Shown here: piece by piece, positions 23,878-33,042 of the stretch
Layout of the letters: each line of letters opens with the position of its first letter
Numbering within the stretch: position 1 is the stretch's first letter
Notes under the pieces: model-generated
Databases searched by the model: none
The model's input: the letters and a program-made list of their open reading frames with translations, nothing else
What the model was told of the DNA's origin: nothing
Translations under genes and position numbers: made by a program
Assembly (NCBI GenBank): GCA_963804995.1
Contig: CAWDSK010000003.1
Location: 384,001-448,000 of the forward strand
Source of the DNA: an uncultured Acidobacteriota bacterium
Lineage (GTDB): Bacteria > Acidobacteriota > Terriglobia > UBA7540
Reading direction: 5' to 3'
Length of the DNA: 64,000 nt

Positions 23878-25575
23878 ATGCGGTGTGCAGTGAAAGTGCG
23901 AAGCTCGAGGGCCGTGGCCCAAGAGGCAACCAGCCTTCCGCCTTCTGCCCGCTACCTTCCGCCTTCTGCCTTCCGCCTTCTGCCTACTGCCTTCCGCCTA
24001 CTGCCTACTGCCTTCCGCCTACTGCCTACTGCCTTCCGCCTACTGCCTACTGCCTTCCGCCTACTGCCTACTGCCTACTGCCTTCTGCCTTCTGCCTTCT
24101 GCCTACTGCTTTCCGCCTTCTGCCTTCTGTTCTTAACAGCCGCCTGCTCGGTGGGTCCCAAGTACTCGAAGCCCGCGGTGCCAACGCCGCCCGCGTACAA
24201 AGAGCTCGCGCCCATCCCCCCCGAAGCCATGGGCGAGTGGAAGGCCGGCCAGCCCCAGGACCAAGTCATTCGCGGCAAATGGTGGGAAGTTTTCCAAGAC
24301 CCGCAATTGAATGCCTTCGAGGAGCGCGTCGAAGTTTCGAACCAGAACCTGAAGGTCGCCGAGGCACAGTTCCGCCAGGCGCGGGCGTTGGTTCGATTTT
24401 CCCGCGCCGGCCTTTATCCGACCGTCACCACGGGCCCTTCCATCACGGGCGAACAAACTTCCAAGAATGCTCCCAGCCCCTCTTCCAAGGCGGGCCAGAC
24501 CGTGGGTGATTTTGTGTGGCCCTTCGATTTTTCCTACGAGGCCGACGTGTGGGGGCGAGTCCATCACACAGTGGAGGCCGCCCGGGAGACTGCCCAGGCG
24601 AGCGCTGCCGACCTCGAAACGCTCCGGCTCAGCATTCACGCCGAGCTGGCCTTCGACTACTTCCAGCTTCGTGGCCTGGATGCTCAGCAGCAATTGCTCG
24701 ACTCGACCGTGGTCGCCTACCAGAAAGCCCTGGACCTGACCACCAACCGATTCAATGGTGGCCTGGCGGCCAAGGCGGAAGTCGCGCAAGCCGAAACTCA
24801 GCTCGAGGCGACGCAAGCGCAGGCCATCGATGTCGGAGTTGAGCGCGCCCAATTCGAGCATGCGATCGCCGCGCTCATCGGTGAGCCCGCCTCGACTTTC
24901 TCCATCGCTCCCTCGCCGCGGAACACACCCCCTCCGCAGATTCCGGTGGGAGTGCCGTCCCAGCTCCTGGAGCGCCGCCCTGACATCGCCGCCGCCGAAC
25001 GCCGCATGGCCGCCGCCAACGCCCAAATCGCTGTGGCCCAGACGGCTTTCTATCCCACGCTGCTTCTCGGCGCCAGCGGTGGGTTTGAAGGTTCCAAAAT
25101 CACCAATTGGTTGTCGTGGCCCAGCCACTTGTGGGCAGTGGGACCGTCGCTGCTCCAGACCCTCTACGATGCCGGCGCGCGCCACGCCGTTACCGACCAG
25201 GCCTGGGCTGCCTATGATGCCAACGTCGCTTCCTACCGCCAAAATGTGATCACCGCCTTCCAGGAGGTGGAGGATAACCTGGCAGCGCTGCGCGTCCTGG
25301 ACGAGGAGAGCCGGAAACAGAATCAAGCGGTCGAGGCGGCGGAGCGCTCGCTGGCACTCTCCACGAACCGGTACAAAGGGGGCCTGGTAACCTATCTTGA
25401 AGTCATCACTGCCCAGAGCGCGGCGTTGACCAACGAGCGCGTGGCCGTTGATATTTCCACACGCCGATTGAGTTCGAGTGTGCTGCTGATCAAGGCGTTG
25501 GGCGGTGGATGGGACGTCTCGAACCTGCCGCAAATTACCGGCCAGGAACCCCACGCAATTCATCCGGGGTCATAA
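23878..25575 (+). CDS. Outer membrane factor lipoprotein (NodT/OprM family); start uncertain
   Basis: Lipobox [45 protein letters not shown]. Confidence 0.9.
   Translation: MRCAVKVRSSRAVAQEATSLPPSARYLPPSAFRLLPTAFRLLPTAFRLLPTAFRLLPTAFRLLPTAYCLLPSAFCLLLSAFCLLFLTAACSVGPKYSKPAVPTPPAYKELAPIPPEAMGEWKAGQPQDQVIRGKWWEVFQDPQLNAFEERVEVSNQNLKVAEAQFRQARALVRFSRAGLYPTVTTGPSITGEQTSKNAPSPSSKAGQTVGDFVWPFDFSYEADVWGRVHHTVEAARETAQASAADLETLRLSIHAELAFDYFQLRGLDAQQQLLDSTVVAYQKALDLTTNRFNGGLAAKAEVAQAETQLEATQAQAIDVGVERAQFEHAIAALIGEPASTFSIAPSPRNTPPPQIPVGVPSQLLERRPDIAAAERRMAAANAQIAVAQTAFYPTLLLGASGGFEGSKITNWLSWPSHLWAVGPSLLQTLYDAGARHAVTDQAWAAYDANVASYRQNVITAFQEVEDNLAALRVLDEESRKQNQAVEAAERSLALSTNRYKGGLVTYLEVITAQSAALTNERVAVDISTRRLSSSVLLIKALGGGWDVSNLPQITGQEPHAIHPGS
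23935..24127 (+). repeat. Heptamer tandem array (CTGCCTA/CTGCCTT/CCGCCTA) with 21-bp higher-order period
   Basis: Reads AFRLLPT repeated in the OMF frame. Confidence 0.92.
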
Positions 25576-25618
25576 CAAGGATTGTCGGGGCAAACTTTTG
25601 GACAACGTGATTTTTTAC

Positions 25619-25647
25619 TTGCCTGTTCGCCTTTTATTCGCCTAGAA
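25619..25647 (+). promoter_or_regulatory. lexA sigma70-type promoter with LexA box in the spacer
   Basis: TTGCCT-17-TAGAAT; GTTC-GCCTTTT-ATTC (25625-25639) matches the GTTC-N7-GTTC box known for Acidobacterium/Alphaproteobacteria, one mismatch. Confidence 0.7.
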
Positions 25648-25824
25648 TAAAGGCAGCTGTCAGCGATCAGCTATCAGCTCTCAGCCGTCAGCCCTGCTGA
25701 GCATCAGGAAATTAGCGGGTGCGCGCCCAGCAATCAACATGACCCAGGGGTCAAGCTGATAGCTGAAAGCTGAGAGCTGATAGCCAAGAGTTGAAAGCTG
25801 AGAATCTTTCCCGGAGACTCAACT

Positions 25825-26544
25825 ATGGCCCTCACGCGCCGGCAAAAGCAGGTCTTTGATTTTCTGGTCGGCTTCATCAACGGCCACGGCTACTCGCCAA
25901 GTTTCGAGGAGATCGGCGCGGGGCTGCAGTTGTCGTCCCTCGCCACGGTTCACAAGCACTTGCAGACCCTGGAGAAGAAGGGCTTCATCCGGCGCGCTTA
26001 CAACCAGAGCCGGTCGGTGGAAGTTGTGGCGGTTCCGGCCTCCGTGCCCTTCCTGAAGACCGCCGTGCAACCCTTCGGGCGGCGCAAGGTGGCAACGGAT
26101 GATGTTGACGGCAGCCATCTGCCCGAACTCACTGCCGTTCCCATACCCTCACAGGTGCTCGGCAATATGGAGTATCCTCTACTCGGCCGCATCGCCGCCG
26201 GCCATCCGGTGGAGGCGATCCCCAATGCGGAGACTTTCTCCTTCGGCGACTTTACCCAGGGCCGCGGGAATCTCTTCGTCCTCCGCGTCAAGGGCGATTC
26301 CATGGTCGATGACCACATCTGTAACGGCGACTATATCCTGGTCGAGGGCGCGCAGACGGCGGATAACGGTGACATCGTGGTGGCGCTGATCCAAGGCACC
26401 GACGCCACTCTCAAGCGCTTCTTCCGCGAGTCAAACGGAAAGGTGCGGTTGCAACCCGCCAACTCGCAAATGGATCCTATTATGGTGCCCGCTCGCGATG
26501 TGAAGATTCAAGGACGAGTGGTGGGAGTCCTGCGGAAGTACTGA
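25825..26544 (+). CDS. lexA: SOS repressor LexA
   Basis: LTRRQKQVFDF, GYSPSFEEI, GRIAAG cleavage site, VKGDSM, TLKRF. Confidence 0.97.
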   Translation: MALTRRQKQVFDFLVGFINGHGYSPSFEEIGAGLQLSSLATVHKHLQTLEKKGFIRRAYNQSRSVEVVAVPASVPFLKTAVQPFGRRKVATDDVDGSHLPELTAVPIPSQVLGNMEYPLLGRIAAGHPVEAIPNAETFSFGDFTQGRGNLFVLRVKGDSMVDDHICNGDYILVEGAQTADNGDIVVALIQGTDATLKRFFRESNGKVRLQPANSQMDPIMVPARDVKIQGRVVGVLRKY

Positions 26545-26733
26545 AAGGGAGAAGTCAGGAGTCAGGAGTTAGAATCGAAAATCGAAAATCGAAATTCGAA
26601 AATCGCCAGCTTGCTAAGCAGGTAGCGAGGGAGGCATGGCGATTTTCGAGTTTCGATTTTCGAATTTCGTGTTTTGATTTTCGATTTTCGAGTTTCGTGT
26701 TTCAAGTCTCGATTCGGTCTGCTGACTGCTAGG

Positions 26734-27630
26734 ATGATGAAATCTCGACCCCTCACCACCGGCCTGTTTCTCGTCGCGGCCTTCGTGTGTCTTGCGGGAG
26801 CCGCCCGCGCGGAAGAAATCACCCTCAAAGACGGCCAGAAGATTGTTGGAACCATCGTCGGATACGAACAGGACATGTTCCGTGTCGAAACCGCCTATGG
26901 CATTGCCCTGATTCGCAAAGACAAGGTCGCCTCGATCGAGGTGTCCAAGACCGAGGAGGGCGCCGGCAAGCCGGAAGCTGGCAAAAAGAAAACCAAGAAA
27001 TCTCCCCGCACCCCAGGCGCGCCGGAGGCTACGACACCGGAGACCACCTCCCCGGCAACACCGGAGAAAACGGAAGTTCCCCCGCCTCCCGTCAGCCACG
27101 CCGTCGATGTGCCCCTTCCCGCCCATCTTCAGGAGCATGTGGACGGCACAACCTACTTCAACGACACCTTCCAGTTCTCCATGTACAAACCTCCGGACTG
27201 GAAGGTTTACGAAGGCGTGCCCAAAGAAACCGGTTCCGGCATCATGGCCATGGGCACCGAGGATGAGCAGACCTTGCTGTTTGTCGATCGCCAGGTGTGG
27301 AGTGGAACTCCTGACCTCGCGAGCGACCAGGTGGAAGCCAAACTTCGCCAGACATATCAGGAGTACCGCAAAACCTCCGAACAACCTTTCGAGTGCGATG
27401 GCCAGCCGGCCAGCCGCCGGGCCTTCACGGGAGTTCTGGACGGCGCGGAGTGGCACGGTGTGGCCGTCCACGTAACGCACGGAAACATGGTCTTCGGAAT
27501 CATCGGGCTCACTTCGGCCGAGACCTTCGAATTCCAGCAAGCCATTTTCGGCAAGATCATCAAGACGTTTCATTTCCTATCCCCGCCCGCGCCCACCGCC
27601 GGCCTGGGCACTACAAAGCCTTCCTCTTAA
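26734..27630 (+). CDS. Secreted hypothetical protein (ITLKDGQKIVG N-domain, Pro/Thr linker, PsbP-like C-domain)
   Basis: Signal peptide, low-complexity linker, FSMYKPPDW and IIKTFHF motifs. Confidence 0.6.
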   Translation: MMKSRPLTTGLFLVAAFVCLAGAARAEEITLKDGQKIVGTIVGYEQDMFRVETAYGIALIRKDKVASIEVSKTEEGAGKPEAGKKKTKKSPRTPGAPEATTPETTSPATPEKTEVPPPPVSHAVDVPLPAHLQEHVDGTTYFNDTFQFSMYKPPDWKVYEGVPKETGSGIMAMGTEDEQTLLFVDRQVWSGTPDLASDQVEAKLRQTYQEYRKTSEQPFECDGQPASRRAFTGVLDGAEWHGVAVHVTHGNMVFGIIGLTSAETFEFQQAIFGKIIKTFHFLSPPAPTAGLGTTKPSS

Positions 27631-27686
27631 GAGTCTGGGTGAATACCTTCCTCGGCACACTATTGGCGGGGCTGCCCCAGAGTGGG

Positions 27687-27825
27687 TAGCGCGGACCCCC
27701 GTGGTTGGGGTCCGCGGTTCTTCAGTAAGGCAAAACGCAAATGTCAAGAACCTGGCGCTTGACTCGGATTCGGGAGTGTGACCTTACGGAAGAACCTCAG
27801 ACCCCAAGAGCGGGGGTCTGCGTTC
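27687..27825. repeat. REPIN-like element
   Basis: GTAGCGCGGACCCC..GGGGTCCGCGG ... CAGACCCC..GGGGTCTGCG. Confidence 0.7.
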
Positions 27826-27901
27826 GCTCTCCCCCCAGAGGGCGAGGGTGGTAATACTAGGAACTTGCCTGAAGCAAAGCTTTTCCGTTATGCTGGGACG
27901 T

Positions 27902-28156
27902 ATGGAAGTGCACTTCAACCCCGATCTGCAAGCCAAGCTCGATAAGCTGGCAACCGAAACCGGGCGCCCAACAGGTAAATTGGTTGAGGATGTCGTTGCG
28001 GGCTATTTCGACGAGCTTGCACAGACGCGGGAAATGCTCAACAGCCGCTATGACGACCTGAAGAGCGGCAGGGTGAAGCCCATCGATGGCGAGGAGTTTT
28101 TTGAAAGCCTTCGCCGCCGCGAGGATGAATTGCTCAAGAAGCATTCGTCCCAATGA
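27902..28156 (+). CDS. Putative antitoxin (RHH/ParD-like)
   Basis: 84 aa, overlaps toxin start (ATGA); DLKSGRVKPIDGEEFF tail. Confidence 0.7.
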   Translation: MEVHFNPDLQAKLDKLATETGRPTGKLVEDVVAGYFDELAQTREMLNSRYDDLKSGRVKPIDGEEFFESLRRREDELLKKHSSQ

Positions 28157-28473
28157 GTGCAGAGCCGGGCTTTGCCCTTCATCCCCACGCCACACAGGAC
28201 ATTACAGAAATTTGGCAATTCATCGCCGAAGATAACCCACTTGCGGCCCGCCGGGTTCGAGAGGAAATACTCAGCACCCTTCGCGGGCTGGTACCTTTTC
28301 CAAATCAGGGCCACAGGCGACCGGACCTCACTTCGCGGCCTTTGCGGTTCACACTGGTCCGCGGTTATTTGATTGCCTATGCGCCGGATGAAAAACCCTT
28401 GTGGGTTGTCGCGGTCCTACACGCACGCCGCAACCCACGCGTGATGGCTGCAATCCTCAGAGGCAGAGAATAA
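28153..28473 (+). CDS. RelE/ParE family toxin
   Basis: ATQDITEIWQFIAEDNPLAA, FPNQGHRR, YLIAY, VVAVLHARR. Confidence 0.9.
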   Translation: MSAEPGFALHPHATQDITEIWQFIAEDNPLAARRVREEILSTLRGLVPFPNQGHRRPDLTSRPLRFTLVRGYLIAYAPDEKPLWVVAVLHARRNPRVMAAILRGRE

Positions 28474-28516
28474 TCTCACGTTCAAACAGGGTCACTTTGC
28501 CCTTGAACCCTCAGGC

Positions 28517-28612
28517 TTATTGCAAGTAAGTTGCAACTAAAGAAAACCCGACAAACCATAACCCCTTCTATTTCAATCTATAATTGACATGCCTCAAAAA
28601 TGTTCTTAGCAT
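28517..28612 (+). promoter_or_regulatory. Promoter of iron-uptake operon with upstream palindromic operator
   Basis: TTGACA(28584)-17-TAGCAT; TTGCAA-GTAAG-TTGCAA at 28520-28536. Confidence 0.55.
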
Positions 28613-28665
28613 GGAAGATGTAAGTCATTGCTAATTAACAGGGCCTAGGTTCTACTCTTTTTGAT

Positions 28666-29931
28666 ATGTTTCAATCCCTTGTCATCACGCTCCGCGAAGG
28701 TGTCGAAGCCGCCCTCATTCTCGGCATCGTGCTCGGCTACCTCCAGAAAACCGGCCGCCAGGCCTGGAGCCGCTTCGCCTGGTGGGGGCTGGCCTCGGCC
28801 GTCGCCGCCAGCCTCGCCGCTGCCTATGTTGTCTACCGCTTCGAAGTCGTAGAGGACGCTTACGAAGGCTGGCTGATGCTACTTGGCGCGGTCTTTGTTG
28901 CCTCCATGGTGTATTGGATGTGGCGAACCGGCAAGCGGTTGAAGGGGGAAATCGAGTCCAAGCTTTCGGACCTATCTCGCGCGCCGGGTCGCGGGGCAGC
29001 GTTTGGCCTCTTCCTCTTCGTTTTCCTCATGGTATTCCGCGAAGGCATCGAAACCGTGCTGTTTCTTGCCGCCATTTCCTTGCGTACCAGCGAACTGCTG
29101 AACTTCATGGGAGGCGTATCAGGCCTCCTGCTCGCCATTGCCCTGGGGGTCGCATTCTTCAAGGGCAGCTTGAAGGTTGACCTCCGCAAATTTTTTACGG
29201 TCACCACCCTGGTCCTTTTTGTGGTGGCGGCGCAGCTTTTTGTCTCGGGCGTGCACGAGCTTTCGGAAGCCCAGGTGCTTCCTTCGAGCCCCCGTGAGAT
29301 GGCCCTGATCGGCCCCATCGTCAACAACGACGCCTTCTTTTTCGTGGTCATTGTGGCGCTGGCGCTCTTCCTGATTATCGCGCAGCGGATTCAGGCCGCC
29401 AATCCCCCGGAGGGTGCCTCAAACCAGTTATCGCTGCCCGAACGCCGCAAGCTGTTGGCGGACCAGCAACGCGACCGTTTCTGGAAGCTCGCCGCGACCG
29501 CAGCCGGCCTGCTGGTAATCGTGTTGATTTCGGCGCAATTTATCTACTCGCGCACCGCGCACGCCATGACGCCGCCGGAGCGGCTCACCCTCGTGGATGG
29601 AGAGGCGCAAATCTCTACGTCCCTTCTGGCTGACCACAACCTGCACTGCTTTGTGATCGACGTGGAGGGGGTGGAAGTGCGCGTTATCGCCATCGTCGAT
29701 TCCTCCGGCACCCTGCGCGCCGGCTTGGACGCCTGCCAGATCTGCGGGCATCAGGGCTACTACCAGGACGGGATGAACGTGATTTGCCGCCATTGCGGCG
29801 CCGTGATTTACATTCCCACGATTGGTCTGGCGGGCGGGTGCAATCCCATTCACATCGACTACCGCGTCGAGGGTGACTCGGTCCGCATCGCCACCTCTGC
29901 GCTCTCGGGCGCCGCCCAGCATTTCCACTGA
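28666..29931 (+). CDS. FTR1 iron permease fused to DUF2318-like Cys-rich domain
   Basis: Two REGxE motifs (REGVE, REGIE); C-terminal DACQIC, VICRHC, GGCNPI. Confidence 0.9.
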   Translation: MFQSLVITLREGVEAALILGIVLGYLQKTGRQAWSRFAWWGLASAVAASLAAAYVVYRFEVVEDAYEGWLMLLGAVFVASMVYWMWRTGKRLKGEIESKLSDLSRAPGRGAAFGLFLFVFLMVFREGIETVLFLAAISLRTSELLNFMGGVSGLLLAIALGVAFFKGSLKVDLRKFFTVTTLVLFVVAAQLFVSGVHELSEAQVLPSSPREMALIGPIVNNDAFFFVVIVALALFLIIAQRIQAANPPEGASNQLSLPERRKLLADQQRDRFWKLAATAAGLLVIVLISAQFIYSRTAHAMTPPERLTLVDGEAQISTSLLADHNLHCFVIDVEGVEVRVIAIVDSSGTLRAGLDACQICGHQGYYQDGMNVICRHCGAVIYIPTIGLAGGCNPIHIDYRVEGDSVRIATSALSGAAQHFH

Positions 29932-29938
29932 GATCCCT

Positions 29939-31262
29939 ATGCTCATCCGCATCGCACTCGAATCTCTTGCCCGCCGGCGTCGCCGCAAGCTGCTGAGCGT
30001 TCTGGCGGTGGCGCTGGGGATTTCCGTCACCGCCGCGGTGGCGACCATGGCTCTCGACGTGGGCGACAAGGTCAGCCGTGAGCTGCGCTCTTTCGGAGCC
30101 AACCTCTCCCTGACCCCCGCGGCGGACGGCTTGGCAGTAGCCGTGGGGGGCATCGACTACCGGCCGGCGGGGGCGGGCGCGTTTCTGCCGGAGTCCGCGC
30201 TGGTGAGTTTGAAAAAAATCTTCTGGCGAAACAACATTGTTGCCTTTGCGCCGTTTCTCTATGTGCCCGCCACGGTCACAGGCGCCCGCGTGGTCGTTAT
30301 CGGGAGCTGGTTTGAGAAAACGCTGCCGGTCGACAAGTCGGAAGAGTTTGTCACCGGACTCGAGAAGCTCCATCCCACCTGGAAGGTAACGGGCGCGTGG
30401 CCCTCGGACGAAGATGCGGTGGGTGCGCTGGTGGGGAGTTGTCTCGCCGCGCGACTGAATTTGCATTCCGGACAGACCCTCACCGCCGTGATAGCTGCTA
30501 CGAAAGGCGGACCGGCGACTGCTTCCCTTCCCCGAGAACCTCGGCCCACGCCCGCACCATCCTCGGAATTTGTGGTGCGGGGAATTCTCGAAACGGGCGG
30601 TCCCGAAGACGATCAGATAATTGCACCGCTCGCGTCCGTCCAGCGCTGGGCAGGGCTCGAAGGCAAAGTGCGGCGCGTAGAAATCAGCGCCCTCACCAAG
30701 CCCGAAGATGATTTCGCCCGCTCGGAACGTCACGCACCTTTCCGGTAAAGAATTCGACCGCTGGTATTGCACGCCTTACGCCAGCGCCATCGCCTATCAG
30801 ATCCAGCAGGCGATTCCCGAGGGACAGGCGAAGCCGGTCTACCAGGTGGCGGAAACTGAAGGCCGAATTCTGGACCGGGTGGGCGTGTTGATGGCCCTGC
30901 TGGTTGTCGCCGCGCTCGTTGCCGCCGCGCTCGCCGTCGCTTCCATGATGCTGGCCTCGGTGCTCGAACGCCAGGCGGAGATTGGCCTCTTCAAATCGCT
31001 GGGGGCCACCGACGCGCGAGTGGCCGCGGTTTTCTTGTTGGAGGCCTCAGCCATCGGCATCCTGGGAGGCGTGGCGGGATATTTCCTCGGCACCCTGCTG
31101 GTGTGGCGTCTGGCCTTGGTAGTCTTTGGAACCCCGGTGGGCGTTCACTGGGTGATTCTACCGGCGTGCCTGGCGCTTGCGCTGCTCGTCACCTTGGCAG
31201 GAAGCGCCCTGCCCCTCGGCCGAGCCCTGAAAGTGTCACCCTCCGTCGCATTGAGGGATTGA
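29939..31262 (+). CDS. MacB/FtsX-type ABC permease; frameshift near 30726
   Basis: ELRSFGANL N-half; WYCTPY, VLERQAEIGLFKSLGA C-half in another frame. Confidence 0.85.
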
Positions 31263-31294
31263 GTATGGGGTTTAGGGGTTAGGGGTTGACGATC

Positions 31295-31728
31295 GTAGCG
31301 CGGACCTCCGCTGTTGAGGTCCGCGGCACTTCATACGAAAAACCTCAGGCCCTAACGAAGGGGGCTGCCCTCGGATTCGGTAGCGTGAATTCAATGAAGA
31401 ACCGCCCCGATGAATCGGGGCGCTACGGTTGCTCGAGGAGCGTGAAGCCATTTGAATTCATAGCCCTCTCCGAGGGGAGAGGGTGGCCCGCCGCCGGCCT
31501 TCTCATCAGCCGGGGCGGGACGGGTGAGGGGTCGTTTCTCTATGCCAGCACCGACTCTCAGGGTTCACGATCTAAGGCAGCAAATGAGCGTAGCGCGGAC
31601 CTCCGCTGTTGAGGTCCGCGGCACTTCATACGAAAAACCTCAGGCCCTAACGAAGGGGGCTGCCCTTGGATTCGGTAGCGTGAATTCAATGAAGAACCGC
31701 AGACCTCAACCCCGGAGGTCTGCGCTAC
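31295..31728. repeat. Mosaic of two REPIN-like copies and one GGAGAGGG palindromic element inside the iron operon
   Basis: About 110 bp near-identical duplicate at 31295 and 31589; third element at 31463-31531. Confidence 0.85.
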
Positions 31729-31851
31729 GGCTGCTTGTTCGTCTAATGGCCAGATGGCCCGATGATCCGATGAACCGATAGCTATATGAATCGATCACCC
31801 GATCACCCGATCGCCCGATCGCCCGATCACCGGATCTCCCGATCCGCCTCC

Positions 31852-33042
31852 ATGTTCTGGCGGCTCTGGTGGCGGGCGATTTCCGTCCAGCGTCCCCAGG
31901 CCGCGCTCGCGCTCGGCTCACTCGTGGTGGGCGCGGCCATCACTTCCATGCTCCTCAACCTCTATGGGGATGTGCGCCGCAAGATGACGGAAGAGTTCCG
32001 CTCCTATGGGGCCAACGTGGTTATCGCACCTGCGTCTTCGGAGGCGGCAGGCGCGGCGGCGGGCGGCGTTCTGGATGAGGTCAGGCTTCAGCCCGTTGCG
32101 GAGTTCACACGCGAGACACCCGGCACGACCGCGGTTCCACTTCTTTACGGCGTGGTCCGTGTATCACCCCACTCCACCGACCCGCGTTTGCCCGAGTTTG
32201 AGAATGCCGTGGCCGTGGGATCAGAATTTGGCGCTTTGCGCCGTGTGAATTCTGGCTGGCGCCTGGCCGGTAATGAGATTGCGGATGATCTGCCTGCCGG
32301 GGAATGCGCCGTTGGGTCACACCTTGCCACTCGGCTCAATGCACACTTGGGAGATTCAATTAAATTGCAGCCCGTGGGGGATCGAAACCCTGCAAACGCG
32401 TCTGCACCCGAGCCCTGTCGTATCGCGGCAGTACTCTCGACGGGCGCTGCGGAAGACGACCAGGTGTTTCTTCCGCTCGGCTCGCTGCAATCCCTTTTGA
32501 GCGTGAACGGCAAAATCAGTCTCGTCGAAATGGCCATTCCCGGCGAAACGCGCGAAGTCGAACGGGCCGTCGCGAGGCTCTCTGGCCTTTTACCCGGCCT
32601 TGCGGTACGCCCCATTCGCCAGATTGTTTACTCCGAAGGGAAGGTCCTGGGAACCGTTCGCTGGCTGATGCTTTCCTTAACGGTTCTGATTCTGGTTATC
32701 ATTGCTCTTTGTGTTATGGCCACCATGACGGCGATTGTGCTGGAGCGCCGCAAAGATATCGGCGTGATGAAGGCACTGGGGGCCGCCGACGCGCTGCTGA
32801 TGCGCCTCTTCATGATGGAGGGGCTGGGACTAGGTTTGGTGGGAGGCTTGGCGGGATTCTGGGTGGGCGCGCTGCTGGCGCGTGGCATGGCGCAGAGGCT
32901 GTTCGGTGTCACGCTCAGTTTAGATTGGTGGACGCTGCCGCTGGTTTGCGGATTGACCGTCGCGCTGGCCGTGCTAGCCGTGCAGTTGCCCGTGCGCATC
33001 GTGCGGTCGATTCAACCCACCGTGGTGTTGAAGGGAGAGTAA
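31852..33042 (+). CDS. MacB/FtsX-type ABC permease
   Basis: EFRSYGANV, VLERRKDIGVMKALGA, PTVVLKGE. Confidence 0.9.
   Translation: MFWRLWWRAISVQRPQAALALGSLVVGAAITSMLLNLYGDVRRKMTEEFRSYGANVVIAPASSEAAGAAAGGVLDEVRLQPVAEFTRETPGTTAVPLLYGVVRVSPHSTDPRLPEFENAVAVGSEFGALRRVNSGWRLAGNEIADDLPAGECAVGSHLATRLNAHLGDSIKLQPVGDRNPANASAPEPCRIAAVLSTGAAEDDQVFLPLGSLQSLLSVNGKISLVEMAIPGETREVERAVARLSGLLPGLAVRPIRQIVYSEGKVLGTVRWLMLSLTVLILVIIALCVMATMTAIVLERRKDIGVMKALGAADALLMRLFMMEGLGLGLVGGLAGFWVGALLARGMAQRLFGVTLSLDWWTLPLVCGLTVALAVLAVQLPVRIVRSIQPTVVLKGE

Noticed and set aside
27902..28473. TA pair as part of a prophage or defence island
   Set aside because: No integrase, phage or other defence genes nearby
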